A stretch of DNA of 51,379 bases, taken from IMG/VR virus record IMGVR_UViG_3300020460_000021, positions 1 to 51,379 of that record. One strand, given 5' to 3'. Both the position numbers and the translations under genes were made by a program. The notes under the pieces are model-generated. The model had not been told where the DNA came from and made no database searches. It saw only the letters and a program-made list of their open reading frames with translations. Positions 7,749 to 17,400 of the stretch are shown here, piece by piece (the stretch's first letter is position 1; each line of letters opens with the position of its first letter). Source of the DNA: a virus. Taxonomy: Duplodnaviria; Caudoviricetes.

Positions 7749-10700
7749 TTATTTTAAATTTTTTAAATTTTTTTGTTGTTGTATTCTTAATGGACTTATA
7801 TAATCAATATCACGCTTATCTATAAACAATTTATCTCCTGTAGCAGTCTCATAACCTCTTTTAGCTAAACCACCAACTCCTTGAAAAACACTTAAGTTAG
7901 AATAGGGATTTTTTTTAGAACCTTTAATATTCTCAGAATCATCTAAAGCTTTTAATGCTTTTCCTAATTCACTCATAATAACAATAGAAACGTCAGAACC
8001 ACCAACTCCAGTTCCAAGCCTAATCATATTATGCATTTTTTTAATTGTTTCTTCTTCGTCTTCTTCTTCATCATAATAATTTTTAAATGCTTGTGATACA
8101 AACCATGATAGAGTTGCAATAGATGTTACAATAGTAGAATATAAAGGAGATACTAATCCTTGACTTGATTTTGACATATTACTTCGACCTAACATCCATT
8201 TAATACTTCTGAAAATAGGGTTTGTTAAAAAATTACCCCAAATTGCTAAAGGAAAAAATGTACTAGCAACAGCATGAATACTAAAAAATTGCTGTTGTGC
8301 AAATCTAGAAGGATTTATATATCCCTCAACTCTTTCATTTTTAATTTGTTGTTTAGTTGGCATAAATGTTTTTTTAAAACCATAAGCAGTCATACCTACT
8401 GTACCTAATATTGCCCAAAATGGTGCACCTGCAAAAGTTGTAGTTAATGTTCCTAAACCCCATAACATAGGATTTGTTTTATTTGTCATTATATTACTAT
8501 ACATAGTTGCAAGAGTATTTTTTAAAAATCGAATTTTTTTACTTTTCTTATCTACTAAAATTTCATCATATCTAAATCTAGAATTTATACCTTGTATAGT
8601 AATTTTTAAATCTGACGCAAACTTTTGTTGCCACCAGTTTTTTAATGCATTTAAAAATCTTCCTGTAACATTTCCAAAACCTTGTCCCGCCGCCATTGGT
8701 TCTAAAGAAAATTGTACTAGATTTACATATCTTCTACCTAAAAGCGATTTTTGTTCATCAGTATATGCGTCAGACATTTTACCTGCTTTTTGATATCCAA
8801 TAATATATGATATTACTCTTAAAATTTGTTCTGTATCTTGAATAGATGGTACAATTTTATATTGATCTAATAAAGCCATAACTCTACTATCTGTTTTTTC
8901 TGTTTGTGCTCTATGAGTAATTGCATAATTAGATGCTCTAGTTAATATTCTTGATAAACCATTTGGAAATGTTTTTTTAATTCCTTTTAATGTCATTTTA
9001 AGTATTTTAATTCTTCTCTTAACTTCTTTTTTTTCTAATTTTTTCTTTCTTAAACTTTTTAATTGAATTTGTAATTCTTTAATTTGTGCTTTCATTTCTT
9101 TTGTAACTTTTTTATTAGAATGTATTTCATAAGCTCTTAATTCTTCACTTATATAACCTTCAATAAATTTAACATAAGATGTAATTCCTGCTTTTTCTGC
9201 TAATTTATTCCAATACTCAGGTTTTCTACTATATTCAAACATTGCATCTTTTGCAATATCTAATCCACTTGCAGTTATATCTTGTATATGAGAACTTAAA
9301 TTTACTAATCCATCAGAAGGGTGAATTAACAAATTAGAATAATACCCTTTATTTATATTACCCAAAAATCGTCTAAGTTTTTCTGGGGTTAAATTGTAAA
9401 AAGGAATTGTTTTATTAAAAACATCAGCTACTATTTTATCTGTAAAACGAAGTCCAAGAAAAGTAGCTTCAGCATCAATAGAATTATATTTAGTTCTAAA
9501 TAAATTTAAAGCGTATTGTTTTGCTTGAGGTACTTCTTTTGGATTTTCAATAAATAATTTTAAAAGAGAAAGAGCAACTTTATTACGATACAATGTTTCT
9601 GCAGTTGTATTCATATAATCTCGTATTACAAAATTATCTAAACGTGACTCTTCTATAGGTATAAAATGTCTTATTGATTTAAAATTCTTTAAATAATTTA
9701 ATCCATATATAGGGTCAGCTTGACCATGATGTATCCCATCATCATCAAAATCATCTATAATTTTTTTAATTGCATCTAATGATTCTGTTTTTTCGTCTAT
9801 TTCTAATTGCAACATTCTTCGTTTTGGTTGATTTTTTAAATCAACTGCATCAAGCCGAGTTATTAACGCATCAATTTGATCGGGTAAAGTAACTAAAGCT
9901 TCACTCAAATGTTTTTTTCTTATAGCAGAATCATATATAGTAGGAAAATATTTAATATCACCCATTTGGTCTACTGTTTCTTTTAATCTTACCGTATCAA
10001 TACCCTTTTTATCTACATAAAATTCATCTACATCTTGAAATTCAGGACTATTATTAGTATAAAGTTTAAATATTTCAGAAATTTGATTTTGTATTGCAGG
10101 GTCTAAATTTTGAGTTTGTTCTATTAAACGTTTATGTTCTTTAGATAATTGTTCTGACATTTTTATAACTGCTCTACCAAATGATTCTAAATTTTGTGCA
10201 ATATTAGATTTAATTTCTAAAAATTTTTCAAAATCTAATGTATTCATTACCAAAGGTGTAGCTACACCACCACTTTTTAATTCGTTTGATCTAATTTTTT
10301 TTATTTTTCCATCTTTACCTTTTACTTCTATTCTTTTCAAATCTTCTGGATGAACAATATTTTTTTTATACATTAATATAGGAGCTGTACTTGCATATGC
10401 AAATTTTGAAGTTCCATCTGCATAAGTGCCAACTTTTTTCTTACCTCTTTTTATAAAAAATTCTCCAGTTTTTACACTTATTTTAATACGATTTTGTAAA
10501 TACATATAAATAATTTGAGTAAGCGTATCTTCGTCTTCAAAATATTTGTTAAATGTATTTAAAAATTCTTCTGGAATTAATCTATTTATAACGTCGTTAA
10601 TACCTATATCATTAATATTATTTATTATTGGCGTTTTAGAACCAGTTGTAAAATTTTTTATTTTACGTTCTTTTTTTTGATTTGGTATACCTTCTGTTGA

Positions 10701-11402
10701 ATGTTTGGTTTCTAATTTATTTGCATCAGAACTAGCATAAGTTATTGTTTCAAAAAATTCTTGAAAATTTTCATTTCCAATTCTAGAAGCTACTTTTTGT
10801 GCAGTCATATATTGATATCTAACATTACCAATAAAACCTTCTCCTATACCTAAGTCAAAACCTTCTTCTGCTTTTTTAAGCATATTTTCTAATTCTAAAC
10901 CAAGTAATTTTAAAGATTCTCCCCTAAGTGCAAACAAATTAACTCTATCTTCTCCTGCTGAATTTTTTTCAATATAATTTTGATTTCCTTCTAATATTAA
11001 AAATTCTCTATTTTTTAATATTATGTCTCTTGCTATAATATGAAACCATGGTTTTAATACAGGATTTGCTTCTAAAGTTGATATAATACGAATTAAAAGT
11101 TGTGATTTTTCTATATTATTTTTTTCTGAAATTCCTTGTTTTTTTATTTCTTTTAAAATCTCTTGTTCTGTAATTACATCCGTATTTCTATTTGAACTTA
11201 ATACTGAATTCCAAATTTTACTTATTTTAAATATAATTTTATTATCATTTGTGTTATTTGATATCGAAGACAAATCTTGATTCTTTGGGTCTTTCATTAT
11301 TTTAATATTAACATCCGAATTAACATCGTGTTCACGATTTGCATCTGAAGCTAAAATATCTATTACATTTTCTTTTGATTCTTTACATGCATTTCTACTC
11401 AT
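7749..11402 (-). CDS. Large internal virion/ejection protein with C-terminal hydrophobic helices
   Basis: ~1217 aa; TAATG coupling to the upstream giant gene; hydrophobic segments such as LWGLGTLTTTFAGAPFWAILGTVG. Confidence 0.7.
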   Translation of the reverse strand: MSRNACKESKENVIDILASDANREHDVNSDVNIKIMKDPKNQDLSSISNNTNDNKIIFKISKIWNSVLSSNRNTDVITEQEILKEIKKQGISEKNNIEKSQLLIRIISTLEANPVLKPWFHIIARDIILKNREFLILEGNQNYIEKNSAGEDRVNLFALRGESLKLLGLELENMLKKAEEGFDLGIGEGFIGNVRYQYMTAQKVASRIGNENFQEFFETITYASSDANKLETKHSTEGIPNQKKERKIKNFTTGSKTPIINNINDIGINDVINRLIPEEFLNTFNKYFEDEDTLTQIIYMYLQNRIKISVKTGEFFIKRGKKKVGTYADGTSKFAYASTAPILMYKKNIVHPEDLKRIEVKGKDGKIKKIRSNELKSGGVATPLVMNTLDFEKFLEIKSNIAQNLESFGRAVIKMSEQLSKEHKRLIEQTQNLDPAIQNQISEIFKLYTNNSPEFQDVDEFYVDKKGIDTVRLKETVDQMGDIKYFPTIYDSAIRKKHLSEALVTLPDQIDALITRLDAVDLKNQPKRRMLQLEIDEKTESLDAIKKIIDDFDDDGIHHGQADPIYGLNYLKNFKSIRHFIPIEESRLDNFVIRDYMNTTAETLYRNKVALSLLKLFIENPKEVPQAKQYALNLFRTKYNSIDAEATFLGLRFTDKIVADVFNKTIPFYNLTPEKLRRFLGNINKGYYSNLLIHPSDGLVNLSSHIQDITASGLDIAKDAMFEYSRKPEYWNKLAEKAGITSYVKFIEGYISEELRAYEIHSNKKVTKEMKAQIKELQIQLKSLRKKKLEKKEVKRRIKILKMTLKGIKKTFPNGLSRILTRASNYAITHRAQTEKTDSRVMALLDQYKIVPSIQDTEQILRVISYIIGYQKAGKMSDAYTDEQKSLLGRRYVNLVQFSLEPMAAGQGFGNVTGRFLNALKNWWQQKFASDLKITIQGINSRFRYDEILVDKKSKKIRFLKNTLATMYSNIMTNKTNPMLWGLGTLTTTFAGAPFWAILGTVGMTAYGFKKTFMPTKQQIKNERVEGYINPSRFAQQQFFSIHAVASTFFPLAIWGNFLTNPIFRSIKWMLGRSNMSKSSQGLVSPLYSTIVTSIATLSWFVSQAFKNYYDEEEDEEETIKKMHNMIRLGTGVGGSDVSIVIMSELGKALKALDDSENIKGSKKNPYSNLSVFQGVGGLAKRGYETATGDKLFIDKRDIDYISPLRIQQQKNLKNLK

Positions 11403-14400
11403 TATACAATACAACCTTTATCTTTAATTGCTTGCATTAGCCTTTTTTCAGCTTTAATTGCAATTTTTGCAAATTTATTTTTTGGTTCAAAAATTTTTGC
11501 TAATTCTTTTCCTTCTGCGTTTATAATTTTTAAAAACAAATCATTCCAAGAAGTATAATATAAACGCAATACAGAAGGATCTAAAATTGCATCTACATTT
11601 TCTCTTGAAGGAGGTATAATATTTATAGCATCTTTTGTTTTTCCATATTGTTCGTTAACACTATCGCTTAGATATTTGTAAGTCATATACATTCTTTGTG
11701 ATTTAGATAAATCAGCAGTTTGTTCAATAAACTCTTGATATATCTTATTTAATTCAGGGTCTGTATTCCACATTTGTTGATTAATATTTGACTCTGATTT
11801 TTTTCTAAATTTTGAATTTCTTGTTGAAGTCCATCGTTCTAATCGACTAGATAATTGTTGTGCTAAAATACCTGCATTTCTTAAATAATTTTCAATTTCT
11901 CCTGCTCGAATATCTTTAGTTGTTTTATTTTCATCTTGTAAATATTGGTCTACAATGTTTTGTAATATTTTATCTGCTACATTGTTTATACCTTCTCTGT
12001 GAATAAACCTTTGTTGTTCAAATCCAAGATTAAAAGCAGTTTGTGTAATTCCTTCTTTTGATAACAAATTATCATAAGTAACTGCTATGTTTTCATATAA
12101 ATTTTGAACTCCTTTTTTTCCTTTTAAAGAAAAAATTCTAGGGCTTTTTGTTCCTTTTGTTTCTACAGGAACTCCTTCCTCATTTTTTTCAACTAATCTA
12201 TTTTCTATATGTTCTTGAACTCTTGCACTATACTCAAAATAATCATCAAAAGTTAAATTGCTTCTTGTTTCAACATCTCTACCTTTTTGCAAACTAGAAA
12301 TATCATTCATTGGTTTTATTAATAAATATTTTAATAAAGCAAATTGGTCGGAACTTAACTCTATAGAAGTATCACCAGGCCCAACAAAATAATAACTCAT
12401 TAATTTTTTTAATCCTTTTTCTTCCCATTGCCAATCATTTAATAAACCTAATTTTATATGGTCTACAGAGGCTTGTAAATATTTACTTCCCATTAATTCT
12501 AATTTTATATTTTCTCGCATTTCTTCGTTATAAACAACTTCATTTAAATCACGCAATCTTAAATTAACAAAAGTATCTTCTTTTAATTGTTGACCATCAA
12601 GAATTGTTTTTTCAGGAGCATATGCCTCAATAGATTCAAACCAAGTATTTAACATACCTATATGTTTTAAGAAATTTGCAATTCCACCTAATGCTTTTTT
12701 ACCTACTTTTATATTATCATAGATTTGAAGAAATTGATCTATATTACCAATATTTAACGTAGGTAAATTTTCTTCTAACCCTAAGCCTAAATCTTTTACA
12801 TCGCCAAAATCATCTTGTTCTTTTTTAAATAATCTTGATAATTTTTTTATTTTATTATCTAATAAAACAATAGAAGCAGTATCGCCATCACCATCTCCTT
12901 CAAAAACAGACTTTACAACATCATGTGATACAATAAAAGTATCTCCTATATCTTCTACTGCTACAACTCTCATAATACGAGTATTTGTTTTTCTTCCAAC
13001 TGGACTTCTAATACCCATTACATATACTTCATTTCTTTTTAACCAATCATTTAATTGTTTTTTAGTAGCATATTTTACATTAATCATTTTTTTAATATTT
13101 TCAATAAACTGATGGTCATATGGCATTACAACTTCATCATCGGTTAATGGTTTACCTTCATTATTTGGATTTCCAATAGTATCCATTCTAAAATGCAAAT
13201 ACGTACCATAGGTTTCAAAAGCTCCTATTCTATCAAATATTTCATTTTTAATTAATAGTTTTGCATTTGCTAATTGAGAAGGATGAAACCCTGCACCAAG
13301 TTCAGCGTTCGCTCTCATTTCACTTTCATACCCACCTATAAACATTGCAAAATGTTCTAAAATAAATTTATCTAGTTCCTTAGGATTGTTTACAAGTTTT
13401 TTCAAACGTTGTATTTGATTATAAGCTGATTGAGTTCTTGATTTATCTTGGTCGTTAAATAAATCGTTTAATGCTTTTATAATTTTTGGATCAGTAATAA
13501 AATTACTTCGTTGTGGAGAAAACTTTCCTTTTGTTTTTGTTTTATCATAAGGATTATGAATTAAACCAACACTACTTCCTGGCAATTCAAGGATTTGATT
13601 TGTTTTGTTGTATTCGCCTGTTTGTATTTTTGTTTCATCTGGAGTATTTAACATATCAAAATAATTACCCTCAGCATCATAAAGATTTACATAACCATTT
13701 AAATCTCTTTTATAAGTTGCAATAATAGTTTTTGTTCCATCTTTATTAACTTCTACAAATTGACCTTCTTTATCACTATCTAATAAAATAGGACTCATTT
13801 CTTCATGTTTGATTGCAATAACACCTTTTTCGTCTTTATGATACCATGCTGTTTTTGCTCTATTAGCTCTAGTTTGAGTAGCTAAATATTTAGGATAATC
13901 TAATTTAAATACTTTGTCTGATGTTAAACTCATTCCATCTAATACATATTGTTCTTTACCATCTATTGTTTTTATTAAATCTATTTTTCTTGTTTGATTT
14001 GCTTTATTAATAATATGTAATTGCACTTTAGAATCATTTGTGGTAACAGGATTAAACACCATTACTTTTCTGGTTGGCATTGAACTATTTGTAGTGCTTG
14101 GAGTAAATGGTATTTTTAAACGTTGAAATATTTTATTAGAATCTAGTTCATAATAATTTTCACCAAATATTTTTTTATATGTTTCATGCCTTACTATATT
14201 AAATAATAATAATCTTCTAAATGCTGAAGGCAAATTTTGTTGATTTATTCCTGTTAAATTTTGAATTTCTTTTAGACCTTCTTTTGTTGTGTAATAATCT
14301 CTTTTATCATTTAGTAAATAACTATTTAAAGTATTTGCACCTTTACTACCTTCAGCTTCATTATAAATAGCTTCATCTTCCCAATAAGTTTTAGTTGAAT

Positions 14401-17400
14401 TGCTATTTACTATTTCTTGCAATCTTTTACCTTCAACAGAATTTAAATTAAATAAAACTTGCATTTGAGAATCACCAAGATTTGCAATAGGAATTAAATT
14501 ATTTTGAAAAAAAGATTTATATACTCCATTTTTATAATCACTTAAATCTAAAGAATAACTATCCGTATAAAATATAGGTTCTCCAAATTGATTTCGTCTG
14601 TCTTTGTCTTTAACTAAATGAAAAATATCAGCATCACTTAAATAAACCAGTTCATCTGATTTAAATATACCTAATTTTTCTACTAAACGTTTTTTTTCAA
14701 ATGCGGGTAATACTTTATATTTAAATATTTTTAATTTATTATCTTTTTCATTTTTATCTTTTAGAATAATTTGATATTCTTTGAATTTTTTATAAACTAT
14801 TATATTTGCAACATTTTCTTTATGTTCTGGTGAATGTATAATTTTTTTATTCTCTGGTTTATTAGACAACCAATATCTTAATGCAACAGTTTTTGAAAAT
14901 TTATTTTTAGTTATAATATCTTCAATTGTTCCTGTGCGATTTATTCTAAAATTATTTTCTTGTATAAATTTTTTAGATGAAATAGTAGAAACAAAATCTT
15001 CAAAAGATTTACTATTTTCAACAGTATCTTTTAATCTTAAAGCAAGAACGTTCGATTGTATAATTCCAAATTCATTTAAAAAAGCATTTTGTATATGAAC
15101 AGGGTTGTCTCCAATACCTGCTTCTAAAGCTTCTAAATTTTCACTATAACCAATACCTTCTTTTATGTATTCTACAAAAGAAGATGTTGCAAGTTCTAAT
15201 TCATCATGTGCTGATACACCAAATATATTATTTGTTAATTCATCAATTTTATCTTTATTGTCTTCAATAACAGAATAATTTTTATCTGCTTTATAATTAT
15301 ATGTACTACTCCATTCATCAAATGATTTTTTAAGGTCTGGGTTTATTAAATCTTTACTAAAATGTTCTGCAAATGCAGGAAAATAATCTCTTGAAATCAT
15401 TGTACTATTTACCAAATGCATCCACGCATTTTCAAATATTCTATTTGTTTTTTCAATATCACGCCTACCCCTATTTATACCAAGATTTAATCTATACAAT
15501 TCATTAGGTTGTGTAGTATAGTCTACATTAAAATCATTAGCTAACATGCTAACTGCATTGGATATTATATTTTGTGATATAGATTGTTGATCATATAAAA
15601 TTAATTTATTTTCATAATAATCAGTTATTTTATCTACATAATTATTCATAGTTCCAAACATTTGATATAACATACTTTTTCTAAATTTATTATCAAATTT
15701 TTGATCTTCAATCATTGACTGAAATTTGTTAGTTTTGTCAAACAATTTTCCAATTTTTAAAAATAAATTATAAAAGAAATCTTTAATTTGTTGAAATAAA
15801 CTAACTTCACTATCTGGCAATATTTGTTTTGAAAAATAAGCTTGTACTGTAGTATCTGTAAAAAAATAAGTAAAAAATTCTATTGGTGTATCATCTTCTA
15901 AAGCATTAGAAAGTCTTCTATGTAAAATTGTATCTTTTTTCTTTAAATTATTTTTTGTTTTATTCCAAAATTCTTTTGTTTTTTTATACAATTTAATTAC
16001 ATCTTTGTATTCTTTTGTATTTTGTATTTCAGGATTTTGTAAACTTGCACTTGTAATATAATGAATATATTCGTGAACAAGAGTTTCTTGTAAATTGTGT
16101 ATACTATCTGCAAAACTTTGTTGATTATCAAATAAACTTCCTAAAAAAATTTCTATTTTGTTTTCAAAATTAAAATATACTCCTGAAGATTCGCCTTGTT
16201 CTTCTATTCCTTTTTTATTAGAAATTTGTAATGTTACTTCACCTCCCCCATCTTCTATTTTTAATTTACTAAGAGTATTTCCTATATTTGCTAACATAGG
16301 AAATAATTCTTTTCTTAAAAAATAACTTTTTCTTCCTTTAAAAGTAGAATCTTTTGGAATAACATTTATATTTAACATGTTTTGTATAAAACCCACTATT
16401 TCTTTGTGGTTTTGATACATAGTTGAATACTTTGTATCAACATTTTTTTTACCAAAATCATTATATATTTTTTGTAAATTTTTTAATATTTTTTTACTAT
16501 TTGCAGTTAATTGTCCATTATTATCAAATTGAAATTTTGAATTATTAAAGTCATTAATAAATTTATTAAATAGTTTTTGTTGAGGCTCATCACTAACAAC
16601 TTTAGGTTCGACATCATCTTTAGTTTTAACAGGTTCAACATCATCTATAGTTTTAGGAGGTTTTCCTCGAACACCAGTTACTCCTTCCATTAATTTAGAT
16701 GTTTTATCTTTTTTAGATATTTTATCTTCTTTTTTAGGAGGAGCAACTTCTTTTTTAGGAGGAGGTTTTTTTGTAGAAACTTCTTTTTTAGAAGGTGTAT
16801 GTTCACTTTCTAAACCTAATGCTACATCCATAGCATGGTTAATTTCATCTCTTGTTATAGGTTTTTCTTTTTTTTCTTTTACTTTCTTTTTTCTTTTATC
16901 TTTTGCTTGTTGTATATCAATTGCTCTAGATGTTTGTAAAATTTCATCCATGTTTTGAACAGTCTTCTTAACCCAAGGTTGCCGTTTTCCAGTAGCTTTA
17001 TTTATTGTATTTGCCTTAGCTATTGAGGATTCAAATATTTCAAATCTTTCTTTTTTATTAGTATCTGCAGGATTTAATTCTAATGTTTGGGGACTCCATT
17101 TTGTTATATATACTGTTTCAAGTTGATTTGTTTTAGGATTTATTTTTTTCCCTTTTTCTAATACTTGTAAATTAAAAACTGTTCCTTTTTCGTTTAATAA
17201 TCCTAATTTTTTTTGTGCTACCCCTGTCATATTTAATTTTGAAATTATAGAAGGGTCATTTTTACCATCTAATTTTTGTATAGTTTCTTCATTAACAGGA
17301 TTTTGTAATTGTTGTCTTACATTTTGTCGTTTATCTTTATTTTTTGCATTATTTTTTCGTTGAGTTTCTAAATCTTTTTTTCTGTTGTCTTTTGATACAT

